Of a stretch of 64,000 nt of DNA, positions 42,901 through 56,200 are shown in pieces; position 1 is the first letter of the stretch, and the number at the start of each line of letters is the position of its first letter. Source of the DNA: Tubulanus polymorphus. Lineage: Eukaryota > Animalia > Nemertea. Position numbers and translations under genes: made by a program. The notes under the pieces are model-generated. The model saw only the letters and a list, made by a program, of their open reading frames with translations. It had not been told where the DNA came from and made no database searches. The DNA lies in NCBI RefSeq assembly GCF_964204645.1, contig NC_134025.1, positions 7,254,001-7,318,000 on the forward strand. The letters run 5' to 3'.

Positions 42901-45104
42901 AAGACACTTGCGTGAAATTATCATCATTCAATCTACCGAAAACTAAATTGCCAACACCGAATTTCAATGAAAACAATTCGTTATCCGGTTCCTACGACGG
43001 CCAACAAAGTATATTCCAACGAGTTAAACTTCTACTGGCTCAGCGACGCGCTCATAAACGTGAGCAAGATATCAAAACAGCCAATGCGATATTCCGCACA
43101 AAAAAGAAGCCATTGGACGTGAACTCGAATACCGCGATTCTTGAGAAAACGCCCGATAATACAGTGGAATTCAACAAGCTAGAACTTCACGCAAAAAATA
43201 AAACGAGCACGCCTTGTACGAGCGCGGCCGAGTCATCAGAAAGAACGCCAGAAAAACCGATGACAACAGCGAAAAGAAATGGAATAATGGGGACTCGATC
43301 GATGAGTGTCTCGGCTACAATGATGAATATAAACGGTTATAAACACAGCAACAACAACAATGGCGACCTGACGAAATCAACTTCGATGGATTTAACTTAT
43401 TCAGACAATAAAATTGGACACGTTTCATTGGACAATTATGGTGAAGTACAGTATAGAACAATAAGCAATCAATGTGCGGCAGAATTATTGGCTCAGGTAT
43501 GCGCAGTTTTTTAGATAATACACTTTTACTGCATATTTTAGACTATATTCATATATAACTTGCATAAATCTACATTTCCATCTAATCGACGACAGGCTGT
43601 CAATGTGTCAAATATGGAATTATCAAGTTCAGCTGAAGAACAAGCAAGAGTTACTGGTGGTTGGATGTTAGTAGTTTGATGACAATATATGGGTATATCA
43701 GTGGATGGTTAATGAGTATTCGATATTTTTTCTGTTTTTTTTTTTACAAAATAGATTTGTTGGAGTTGAGAAAGATGTCGTTATAATGAAAAAACTTCCA
43801 ACCATAGAACCGCAACACAGGTAGGAATCTATCGCAAAAGAATATTCAAAAAAGTTATAAGCTCATTTAGAATCTTGGGATCTTCCAGGGTGAGACGGAT
43901 GAATCAGCAAATCTATTGTAACTATTGTGAAATGTATGTTTATTCAATTTTTCAGTTACATAGGGAAAGGTCTCATCAAAACTTCGCCGAAGACCGTGTG
44001 GGATGCAATACGAAATCCACGCACTAGATTTACTTACGATGATTCCCTGAAGGTAACAAACCTTGCTGTATTACAAGTGCACATTTGATAACGTAAAGTA
44101 TATGTGTAGTAAGAATAAGTATTATCTCCATTTCACTTCCAGAAAGTTAATATTCTTCATGATTTCAAGAATGGAATGAAAATAGGTAATATTTGATATT
44201 GTTGGAAATTTACAGTTGTAATTGTGAGAAATGGAATTATGAAAACTACCAGTACTTGTTACATGGATCTTTCGTTCAATTGTAGTGTACCTCTATCACG
44301 AAGTGTCTCAGCTGTTCAAGCGAGAATGTCGGGATTTCTGTTTCGTGCAAGGCGAACGAGTAGAGAAGGATCAGTCGCTTTTAACTATGCATTCAGTTCA
44401 ATGGATTGGGTGTCCACGAGCTGAGGAAGCAATACGCGGAAAGGTAAGTTTCAAATGTAAGAAAAACGAGGCTTATATTTTCGTGACTTGCTGGACTTCA
44501 GGCTTCTGTTTATTTTCCATTTCAGTTTTTGTCTAGTGGTTGGATAATTGAACCTGTGATCAAAGATAGACATATATATTCAATGGTGACGTATATTAGT
44601 CAGGTATGGTGCTTTAAACAAATCTGAATTTCATTGAGTGGAAAGATAGCGTTTCATAGTACCAGTAAATGTGGTAGCCTAAACCATGGATGTTAAATTA
44701 AAGTCCATGCCTACTGGTGATTAGTATAAGTTTTGTAGACACCTTTTAGAAATGATGAAAATGATTACATTAACCCATCTGAAATAATCTGACAATAAGA
44801 TGCTTCATCCAACACAAACATCAGTCTTAGAGTCACCGCATACATGTATTGATCGATGAAATACTCGGTGTTCATCTAAACATATGTGTCGTCTTTACGT
44901 TCATTTCAGATCAATCTTGGCTCAGGGGCAGTCGGTACATTGGTTGAAGAAATAGCCAGCAAGCAGGCGTCAAGTATTGCAGCATTGAGAGAATATCTCG
45001 TTCCAACTCCGTCTTTCATCAAAATGAGTGATATACCTGTAAAATCAGAGAAATCCGATGCCGAAAAAAGTAGCAACACGTCTTGCACAACTTCAGAATT
45101 TTAG
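39983..45104 (+). CDS. Protein with two START/SRPBCC-like lipid-binding domains
   Basis: C-terminal START (STARD9-like): GGWIFVGVEKDVVIMKK, YIGKGLIKTSPKTVWDAIRNP, RDFCFVQ, SGWIIEP, VTYISQINLG. N-terminal divergent START-like: KGWSLHSFQHGSRVWK, IETPAQ|VAAKMLLNIRKTKEWDP. The 5' end is uncertain. Confidence 0.75.
41039..41579 (+). mobile_element. Degenerate pogo/Tigger-like non-autonomous DNA transposon in an intron
   Basis: TA-flanked imperfect TIRs (CAGTAGACTCTGTCCTACTTG / reverse complement AGTAGAATCCATCTAACTTG). Internal stub MASKSKKRKLVARKFDDKLKI from 41243 resembles a CENP-B/Tigger transposase N-terminus. Confidence 0.55.
41294..41469. repeat. Tandem repeat, 3 copies of 57-58 bp
   Basis: Unit AAACTGAAAATAATCAGTAAATGGACCAATTCCCATGATCAGCAAATCAATGAAATC. 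Confidence 0.95.
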
Positions 45105-45239
45105 CCGTAATAAGATGGTGTTTTTGTTCCAGGATTGTTGAGCTTTGTAAAGATAAGAGTGATTGAACAATTTTTTGGTCAGTTCAACCGATATTGCTCG
45201 ATCAGATACTTAATCTGCAAGAGAGTAGCAATAAATATG

Positions 45240-45405
45240 GGTGTCATAGATTTAAATGCCTCCCCTTATTCATGTTCCCCTTGCAATAGATCCCAGGATT
45301 AAGGGTTAGGATTAGGGTCAGCAGTTCTTTTATGACTCTCCACTCAATCCGTCATTCTATTGTTGGGAGGCATCTGACATCAGGGGCATCTGATTCACTG
45401 ACACC
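45240..45405. mobile_element. Short interspersed element with GGTGTCA/TGACACC inverted ends and telomere-like internal repeats
   Basis: Inverted ends, subterminal ATGCCTCCC/GGGAGGCAT inverted pair, internal GGGTTAGGATTAGGG. Confidence 0.55.
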
Positions 45406-45742
45406 GGCACTAATGAATTTAAAAATTCCAGTAGATGCAGTAGAAAACTTGTGACAATAGTAGTTGCATTTAGATAACATTTACAACATTGTTTTACTAT
45501 ATACTATAGAATTAACCAGTAATTATGTTATTTGGTCAAATCTTGCGGTGCAGTAGAACACACAGCCTATATTGTACAACAGTGTAGTGTTGCTTCGGTT
45601 TATCTTTCAAGGGAAAGGTTTGATTTGTACTGAAGAGATATGTCAATCGGAATGATCTCAGGATTTTCATGACATTTCTACTGAATCCAGAAAGGTAATG
45701 CGTTTTATGCAAGATCATCCTACTTATGAGATTTAGAAATGT

Positions 45743-46041
45743 ATTGTTTTACGAATGAGTTCTTAAATAGTGATTCTTAAGTAATCTAGGTAGTCTAGAT
45801 GTACCCAATAGAATTCAACATGGGGGGTTTAAGAAAGTAATGATCAGACTCGTGACAAAAATCAGATATTGTTGAATATTATAGAAGTATTTTCGAAAAA
45901 GGAATTGTTTTACCAATGAATTCTTAACAGTGATTCTTAATTAATCTAGATATACCCAATAGAATTCAACATGGGGGGTTTATGAAAGTGATTATCAGAC
46001 TCACTGACAATAATCAGCTATCATTGAATATTATGGAAGTA
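45743..46041. repeat. Diverged tandem duplication (~160-bp period)
   Basis: 45743-45889 and 45904-46041 share TACCCAATAGAATTCAACATGGGGGGTTT and flanks. Confidence 0.9.
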
Positions 46042-48191
46042 CAGTATTTGAGTTTGCTTGTTGCATAACAGGTGTTATCACATAATATATTCAGTATACA
46101 TCAATGGCAATGGCAAAAAATATGGATCTTTGCCAAATTTTAAGGTCTGTTACTCTGTTAATATATTGGTTAAGTTATTTGAGTTTGAATATCCGGAGAA
46201 TTGGTTTTGGTCCATGTATGCAACATCTGATACAAAAATATACAGAGCCACCTCATTACAACGAACTTCACAGCGCTAGATAATCTGTTCAGTATAACTA
46301 ATAGTTCGACATAGCCAATTTGAAATTGTCTTGGAACAAAATTTATTGTAACGGGGTTCCAATGTAGTAGTAATGATATGTGTCGTTAAAGTTAGTGTGT
46401 GATGTAAATGTTGTTTAAAAAGTGTGAAATTGAGAAGAGAAATTGGCTTGAAAAGCCGCATGTGTCATGTCAGTATTGAAGTATGACTTTAGACCACTGA
46501 ATGTGCATTCCTTTTTCATTAAGATTGTGATGAAATATATACTGCCAAATATGGCAAATATGAATTTGAGGTATTGTTATTTTGTGAAAACTTTATTGTT
46601 ATGATTATGTAAATTGTATTTTTACGTGCTTCTGTCTAGTACCATAATACTGATAATAGATATGCGATACCATACATTCGTAATCTGAAAATTGAATAAG
46701 AAATATTTTGAAATGTATATTTTCAATATTGTACATGGGTATCCCCAGTTTTTTTCAAAGGGCAGGTCGAATTCCTCTTTAAAAGGGCCAAATCCACTAA
46801 ATTCTTCCACACACTGCCAGTAGGGCTTTTTAAATGAAAAAAATTATTGTTAAAATTTTGGAGCTAGATCTTGGTGTATACAGTTTGGAGCAGACTGCGT
46901 AATGTGTAAGGTGAAAAATATTTTTCATTATTTGAAGGGCACTACTATGGCATTTGCAGCTCCGAACCACTTTGGGGACACCTGCTGTATATTGATTTTA
47001 AGCATTGAGAACACTTTTCCACGTTGTACTAGATTTTCAATACCTAATACTAAAACTATCCATACCATCCATCTTACCAATTGTCAAAATTATGCACTTA
47101 GTGTTGTGCGCCCTCTATTGAGGAATGGGAGCATTTAGTAACTATATTACATCTGTGTTTTGTCTGATGAATTAAAATGGATCTATTAAATATTTCTTTA
47201 AAAAAATATAAATATGTGCAAGTTCTTTTGTGCTTGCTGTCTGAATTGAGGTCTAAAGTGGAAAATATGTATGACATCTTTGTTACTACTATTACTTTTT
47301 GGAAATTGGATGTTGGTAGGCCTTGAAACATCGAGTTTGTCAAGGTAGGGACAAGCTCAGGCTGGAGTGTAGTTGGCAAGTGACCGTTCAAGGTCTCGAT
47401 TCATGACTGCTGCGTTATCTGAGGAACAGAAATGATGAGAGTTGAGGACTTCCTCCGTGGGGCTTTAATTGACACTAATCACTCAAAATGCGTGTCCATG
47501 GTATGTGACAACAGCTCATACCAGTCAATGCCGATTGTTAGAGTTCACTGTGGATCTTGAAACTGGGGAGATTCCTGCATCCTCCATTCTAAAATGATCC
47601 CTTGAGAGAAGCTCGTAACAAAACTGCAGAAGTTATTAGATAAGAAAAATAGATTCTACTCTCAGTTTATTGGGAAGAAATAATGTGTAGTTAACATTAT
47701 AATATCAAGCTGAAACCATTATTCTTAAATAATAGACAGCACTTTCTTTGACAAGACTGATTTAGTAGTGTGTCACATCAGTGAAGTCCTTGGTGTCACA
47801 TTCACAATATTACATATAGAAATGACAAGTCATACTGAAATTACACTAACCAGTTCAAGACTGAGCAATTGAAATTATGTTTCTTCATCATTACCTAATT
47901 TCATTTTGACAGAATAATGTGGACAAGTCCAAATTGAAAACATCAAATGATTCCATTTTCTACCTATAGTAAGTATGATGTATCATACTTAGAGAAAATG
48001 CATACGAATTACAAAAAAATATAAATGCAACATACAGAAGAATAAACCATATATATACAGTTAGCATGAATTTGATTCCATGGTACTAAGCCCCCACAAT
48101 TACAAAATCCTTTCAGAAACGATATCACAGATCCAGTTACTATATATTGAATTTGAATCAGAAGATTGTAGAATATCTTGTCCATTTTGTT

Positions 48192-49681
48192 TCAAATAAC
48201 TATGTGCATAAAATCACAAACCTGAAAAAAGAAGAATGTGATAAATTAGATTCAATCATCTTTTCTCAGAAACAAGATTACAAATATGTCGAGATAAGAG
48301 GAAATGAAAGTATGAAAAATTGGAAATATGTAAAACATACCAGAGGTAATACAAGTTCACGAATTGGATCAATTGTAGAGTAGCTTACTCATTATTTCTA
48401 TTGCTGATTATTTCCAGTAGAAAATTTTCTCATCTGTTAAGACAAGCCATTTTATCAACAGCTCGTTACAGTGATGAACATAACTTACCTTACAAGTCAT
48501 CAGTAGATTATCAACTCCTGCGTCTTTCATAAGTCCAAAAACCACATTTTCATTGCACTGTTCACTGTGCATCAACAATCCTTCCTCTAGATTGGATCTC
48601 ACAAAATCAAGTGAAATGCAATCTTGCTGAAAATGTTAACTATTGTGATTACTTTGAATCGCGAGTTGTTAATGAACAATAAAGAAACTTCTCTATATAC
48701 CGTACCTCAGTGTCAACACGCAATCCGCATTTACAAAATATAATGTTTTTATTTTGCATAAGTGGAAACCTACAATGTAGAATGAGTAGAACAAATACAT
48801 TAAAATTCATAATCAAATAGCAGTGGCTTATTATTAGTGGAACATTATTCAACTTATGCCAATGACAAAGTGCTTACTTCTTGCACATAGGACACAGCAG
48901 TTCATTTGAATGTAGAGCATCTATTGATGCATGCATAGCTTTCTCATCTAATTCAATGCTTTGTTCATATTCATCAATAAGTTTCCATTCTACAACAAAT
49001 TTTGAGAGTTTACAAACAATATCAGAAAATCTATTCCTGCTTCTATAATTCAGGTAACTGATTTTTACCTTCTTTTTTCAGTTCTTCCTGAATTTCATCA
49101 AATACTGATAACATGTTTTCAATTTCATTTGACTCTCCGGCCAGAATCTGTAAATTCATAGTTATCAAAGTCAAATAGGGCCTAACCATTTTCCGCCCAA
49201 CTAATTGAAATTAATAAGCTTATCTGATTTGTAAAGGAAGAGTTTCATACATTGAGATCATCTTCCATTGTTATATCAGGAAGGCTACTGTCTTCTCGTT
49301 TCAGCAGCATCCATTCTTGACGCATGATCTCTCGAACATCCGCTGAATTCTGCTGAGATTTCGACTCCGTATCACCACATTTTCTCAGTCGATCGACAAA
49401 ACTGCGACGATTTCTTTTCAAATTATCAAAACATCTCTGGAAAAAGTTAATAACCACCAAATGCATTTTTACGAGAATTAATATATCAAATCTTATCAAC
49501 TGTTTAAGATCTGCTAGACTCCCACTTCTGCCCTGGCAAGTGAGGGTTATTTCAGACTTCCGTCAGAGATAGTTTTTACCTGCCTGTATTTCTCTTTCCA
49601 CGTCCCAGGACTGTTTGAAATTTTGTACAAGGCTTTGAAATCTTTGGGGGATTTAGTGTGATGAACCGAGGAAGCAGCCAT
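48192..49681 (-). CDS. RPAIN: RPA-interacting protein (RIP)
   Basis: ALYKISNSPGTWKEKYRQRCFDNLKRNRRSFVDRLR; acidic middle; C-terminal Zn-finger LLCPMCKK, CKCGLRV, HSEQC, LLMTCKVCDFMHIVI*. Confidence 0.9.
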
Positions 49682-50242
49682 AATGTGTCAGACTAGAAAA
49701 CGAAAGTTTTATCGAGCTTCGGTCGTGAATTTCGGCATTTCTCGCTTGAAGAATAGTAAATACGGCGCTGGTACCGTACAGTGGCGCCGCGTCTACTCGA
49801 CTGCCAGAGCGTTGTCGATCGAAATCTCGTACGGCAACGAGACGTCAACGCGACTTTACGAGAAACTATTTTAGCAACGGAGGACTACCTTTTAGTATTA
49901 AAACGATCGAATTTGTGTGAATCGGGCTCGACGAAACGAGCCGTGAATGAATGTTTCAACTGGTTAGAACTGTGGTAATTATAATGAACGATGATTAGAG
50001 TGGTGTTTAATTAATGCAGCGCTGATAATTAACTCCTGAAATCTGTGTCTGTTTTTACTGTTTCTCTCTGTGCTTTCCAACATGGCGGACACATTTTCGC
50101 CTTTTTAGACCCGTTGTAAACGGTATGTTTTCGCTATTCGATATTTGACGAAGTTGCCGACGTATTTGGGGCACTCGGATATTGTTCAGCTGCCGTGTAT
50201 GCGCCTATTTGAAGATCGGTCGAAGCCACAACCGCTGCCGCC
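49682..50242. promoter_or_regulatory. Bidirectional promoter / 5' leaders, RPAIN / PP2A-B56
   Basis: Divergent ATGs about 560 bp apart, CpG-rich. YY1-like AACATGGCGG at ~50079 and a leader intron donor at ~50123. Confidence 0.6.
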
Positions 50243-53200
50243 ATGACGTCCAAAGTAGTCGACCGCATCGACCCATTCAACAGTAAAATGTCGATTAAAT
50301 CAAAAAAGCAGAAGCGATCTCAGGGCTCTTCGCATTATCGGACTAAAAATGCCGTCGAACTTCAACCATTAGCACAGCTGAAAGGTAAGATGATTTGCAT
50401 GCCTTGACTTGTTTTGGGGGCAAAAAATCGCACCAAGACACAAGCAGAGCCAGAGCAGAGGCTAGAACTTGGCATTTCAGCAATGAATATTGTGAACTCT
50501 GCCAGAAATATCACCAGTAACTGTTGTCCTGATTGTAATAGACTGATCAGTCTGAAGTTGGTAGACAACTCAAAAACCTACGATCAGAGCCCAGCATATA
50601 AGCCAGGCAGAAGACTTCTAATCTATAAAATACTCAGAACTGAAACGTTAGAACAAATATCATGCTAGCAGTTCGGGTTTTTCCTTCACTTTTTACTTGC
50701 TTCTTCCAAACACATTTATTAAGCTATTTAAGGTGCCATGTAAGTCATCAAATCCTATTTGCTAATTAATCTATTTTCTTATTGATTATCAATACTATCT
50801 TGTCAGTGTATATAAACACTAGGCCTACAATAAAAAGCTAGCTTTTGGAATGTAGGGTATAGTTTCACAAAAAAAGGTTGAAATGTTTTAGCTTCCATTG
50901 CCATTAATGAAATTGTATATGTTGCCATTGGCAACCAATCAAACTATGCAGATGAAAAAGTCGAACTCAAATTTTGGGTTTAGTTGCTATTGGTTACTTA
51001 TGTGTTAATGTGTTTTCAAGACAATAATTAAAACTTTACCGTTTAAGGCACAAAACTTTTTCATGAATGTAGACCCCAGTTGTGGTTAGTTAACACATGT
51101 TTTTGCTTAGGCCTACTGGTAAATAGATTTGAAACTCATGCCATAATTTGCGGATAATCTGTAATGTTTATTGTCAGTGTTCGAAATAGATTTTAGCTCA
51201 TTAACAGCTTTTCTTCGGGACAGACAGTGATAATTCGCATTGGTTATGTTAATTTAATCATTTCTAAAATAGTTCTAACTAGCCCGAATGGGTCCACAAT
51301 TTCATGAAAAAGTTGAGCGGCTAAGTTTGAATTGTTTGCCTCAATAAAAACATGAATGACCAATAGCAATCAGATAAAAAATGTGAGTTTAAAGCCTAGC
51401 GCACATCGACAAAGCGACTGGAGACAACTAGTTGCTAGTGAGCGAGTACCCCGCGCACATCGAAAATTTAGTAAAAACCAGCAACTGTGTGGCTCATGCC
51501 GGTCGCTAGGTCCATAGCACACACATCGACAGCAACTGAGATGTGGTTCAGCAAAATTTTCTTGAGGGCATCACAAGTCACGTGACAAATAGCTTTGTTT
51601 TAGTCAGTTACAACCATGTGTTGTTGATTATGGAGCGCTCACATCGACGGATATGAGAGCAACTGAGTACAACTAGTTGCTCAAAAGTAGAACATGAGCA
51701 ACTGGGTGGAACTGGAGATAGATGGACGCTAACCAGTCGTAAGCTCGCTCACATCGACAAATTCGAGCAACTGATTGTATCCAGCCAGTTGCTCTCATGC
51801 GCCGAAAACTGCCTGGCAACTAGTTGTCTCCAATCGCAGTGTCGATGTGCGCTAGGCTTAACTCCTTAGTTTAATCTGGGTCCTGAACAATGAAATCTGA
51901 TGATATCCAATTTCTGACTACTCTCACATTATTTCCTTGAGTTTCTCAGTTGTCTGAGGAATTGTCCTGCTTACATAGAGTCATTCAATGCTGAGGAGTT
52001 CGGTTGTGGATATTCTTATAGAACATGTAGTTGAAATCTTAAGGAAATGCATTAAACCCTTTTAGTAGTTCAAGGTTAATGTAAATACTGGGCAAGTTAA
52101 GATTTGTATCCAGTCAGGTTAATAGGTCTGAACACAACATTTTTGTGTGATTATTTGTCCTACTATACATAAGCGATAGCGACACTTGTCATTTATAGCT
52201 TACTTGCCCCAGAGGGCTATTGAATAGTGGAATAACCAGGGGGTGATGAATACTAGACTATCAACAGTACCTATGCATATTTTGTAACCACTCTTGTTCT
52301 CAATTATCTGAGGAAGTCTGTATCGCATTGGGCAAAATGGTCGAAAAATAGTGGTGGCTGATACCAAGAATATTTTGTTGATGCTAGTTGAATGTTAGAT
52401 TGTTTTCGTTCATACCAATAGATGGAGCTGGGTTTTTAGTTAACCACCACCACTACTATCGCTGTCTGGTAAACTACAATTTATTATCAGAAATAGTTGT
52501 CTTCATCAAAGCATCGAGTGCATTTTCAATATGTTGGGCCAGATATTATAGCGAATCTCTTATCAAGATGATGATTGGGTTCTAGCCTCCAATGTGTATT
52601 TATATATAAAACTGGGAAGAGCTCGTTATATCTCTATCGAATGTATATAACCTGCTGTGTGTGTGTGTATGTGTGGTGTAACTGGTGAGGAGTAGGCCAT
52701 TCTGCAACCAACGCAACTCCTTATTTCGCTGAATTTTCATCAAATGCGTGCCATGAAATGTCTTCTTGAGAATTATTACAAAAATGCATAAGGTTGGTTT
52801 GTTGTTTAATAGCCCGATCGTGATCATTCAGGGCAATGATAATGATGATAATTTATTTGCTTTAACAGCGCGGCTCTATAAAAACAATACATCATTGCAC
52901 TTTACATTAGACTAAATATTTAAACATTATGGCAGATTAAAACAGTTAGCCTAAGTGTACAATTTTTTTTTAAATAAACGCGACTTAAAAAGATGAAACA
53001 GTGGGAACTTCACGAATATTTTGGAGTAAAGCATTCCATAATGTAGGTGTAATGAAAATAAAAAGCACCACGACCAGCAACTCGAATGTGTTGTTTAAGT
53101 AGTAGTAGTAGTAGTAGTAGTATAGTATATTCATAATCCATTTTGACTAGAATTGTGGGATCATTGCTGGATCTATGTGCTCGACTAGGAGCATGTTGCT

Positions 53201-56200
53201 GTTAAAGACTTTTTAGAAAATTTTTCATTAGATCAATGTTGAATTTTTTGTTTTATTGATTTTGTAGGAATAACTTTTCTCTCAGGTCATCCGATCATGT
53301 ATTTTGATTAATCGTCCAAATCAATTGTGGACCAATGGAATTCTTTCTTTAGGAAGATCCATATTAGAAAAATGTATACAATCAGTTCTATTACACATTA
53401 GTTGACAGAAATTATGTTAGGATTTCAGGTTCACTTGTATTAATGGTGCTGGCCTTTTTGAATTCTTTTCAACGTTGTACAGCAAATTTCATTGTTCGTC
53501 TTTCCTATTACATTTTGTAAATATTTTCATTACATGAATCTATTCAAATTATGATCTTTTTTGTCACGCCTCATGTGATCTGTGTGATTTTGGATATCAA
53601 AATTACAATGAGATTCCATGATTATAGGGTCTGCATCATTTTGAGCATTAATAGTCTCCTCTGTGGTGCCATTTTCAACTTATCAATTTTTCGTCCATTG
53701 TTATCGGTTTGTTTTCAACGCTATTCCCAATATGTAAGAAATCTCTTATTTTTGTAAATTTTTAGAAGCAGCCCCCTCCGAACAACAGGATCTTTTCATC
53801 AAGAAGCTGCAGCAATGTTGTATAGTGTTTGACTTTATGGACCCAGTCTCAGATCTGAAGAGTAAAGAGATAAAGCGAGCGTGTCTGAATGAATTGGTGG
53901 ATTTCATCACATCAGCACGCGGCATCTTACAAGAACCTTGCTATCCTGAAATTGTCAAATTGGTACGTCAAATCCATGAAAGAAAAGTCCTCAGAAGGGA
54001 AATGATTAAGAATTAGATAATATGCCATACCTGGGTACAACGACTATTTAGAGCGGTTTCTACTGTTTTTAAGACAACTGTTCCCAGAAATATCAAAATC
54101 AGAATTATTAGTAGATCATTTTCAATTAAACTACTATTTTTGATATAAAACTACTCTCAATTTTGGTGCAAACTACTTCAATTAAAGATGTCACGTACCC
54201 CGGTCTGATATGTGTGACCTATCGTGGTGGGAATCGGGAGCGAGATACAATCTCATATTTATCAGGATTGTCAGTCAGCGATTGCGGGATTATCTCATCT
54301 GTTGGCCAGTTAATCAATGTTGTTACTGACCACTTTATTGAATACATAGAATAGATAGATTGTACCTTATGCTATTGATACCAGTGTATTAAAACTGGCA
54401 TTCGACTGCAACCGGGTATGTATTATCTTGTATGTAGGTTTATATATATACTACCGTCGAGGATGTTCACGATAGATATTTTTCGCCGCGTAATCAATAA
54501 CGAAAGGTTACGTTTATATGAGCTTTTTGATGTACTCGCTGCGAAAAAATCTATATCTGGTGGACATTCAGAAATGAAAATATTGCGGTTTTCATGTCAA
54601 AATCCAGCATTATTAGAACTGATCAGTTGGATGATATTTCGCGACGAATATTTGTTGATTCGACGTGTTTACGATTACAGATAGCGTGTAATATCTTCCG
54701 TACTTTGCCTCCAAGTGATAACCCAGACTTTGATCCAGAGGAAGATGATCCTACTTTGGAAGCCTCATGGCCACATCTACAGGTAGGCCAAGTCCATGTG
54801 AGTAACACTACGTTATGGTATTGCCTCCTATTTTCTACTCAAGAACGAACGAGCTGCTTGGCATTTATTTTTTATTCGTCTGGGTCCGGGTCGTGGCAGG
54901 CGGACACGCTACGTATGTATATTCGTCATGTCAAATATTCATTGATTCTTCAGCCAGTGGAGGATGAGGGTAGAATTCGTAGGCAATGTCATAAGTCGGA
55001 GCTGATTACTATGTGATGCTAATCAACCATGTAACGCAACACTAATTCATATTATTAGTTAGTGATTAGTAAATGTCATTCATTAATGTGTATATGATGG
55101 TGAATGTTGGGGCTTGAATGCCTTCTCTGTTTCAAATTCATTCCATCTGTCACTAAAATGGTTAACAGAATTTTTGCTTGAGTTGCTGAATATATTTCTT
55201 TTTTTCGATCAGCTAAAACCAATGAAATAAGATGCATTATATCCAAAATTGTTCATTGTGTGGTAGTTATTGACCATTAGAATGTGGTTTATGTCAGCAA
55301 CATATGTTGCCTCAATATAAGCTGAGTGTATTATACTGAGAAGTCAATTTATTAAAACGAAGGATGGATGCATTATTCTTTCTTTGGTTCGGGCATTACC
55401 GATCGCATAAAATTCATCTTTGAAATCTTGAAACCTTTTTTAAACGGAATAGATTCTTTTGCTTTTGCATTTTTTTTTCAATGTTCCATCATACTATGCA
55501 GATTTATTCTAGAAACTGCTATGAAACATAGCGAAAAATAGGCAAATTTACGTCCATTATGATGAACTTCATTTGGAAAAAGTTTGGTCCAATAAATCTA
55601 TGTGAAATGTTATATTCTGCAGTGTAATTGGTCAACGTGATAAATTGTTGTTCATGTCATTCACATCAATGTTTACTTACTGCACATTGTAACAAATAGA
55701 TAATTAGTGTGATTTAACTGTTATGTTCAATGGAATTGTGGTGATTCTCCTAACTAATCTATTGTCAATATTGTTTGAGTTCAATCAGACAAAGAATAAT
55801 AGGTGTAGCCTCCTAATTTGACTCATGTAATTATCGCCAAACAAAGATGTCACGCTGCTTTAGTACTATACCTATAAAAAGCTGCACATTTGACCAGTCA
55901 TCACTTTTACTGTACTCTCTCAGTCCAGACATACATGATGATTTACCCAAATGTTCCTATGTGTCACCAGAATGAAGACGATAATATATTGTCATATCTT
56001 TTACCAAAACTTCAGCAATTAAAGTTGAATGGCATTGACAATTTCGGTCTAGTAGATCTCGTTGACCATTTAGAACCAGTGGTAAATATTTCAGCAATTT
56101 CAGCACTTACATATTTGATACTTTTAGAGTAGGCAGCTCCAGAATGACTGCAGTTTTTCAACCGGTTTCGTAGGAATTATATTTTCTTTGTTTATGTTTG

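Noticed and set aside
46900-47620. Slightly GC-richer tract with broken reading frames between the START gene and RPAIN
   Set aside because: No coherent spliced ORF or known motif; may be a decayed repeat.
52243-52312. Possible C/D snoRNA (GTGATGA...CTGA) in B56 intron 1
   Set aside because: No terminal stem or recognisable guide; such boxes are expected by chance.
54594-54680. Intronic in-frame ATG extension ahead of the B56 [11 protein letters not shown] exon
   Set aside because: No supporting promoter signal; a 29-codon open stretch is plausible by chance.
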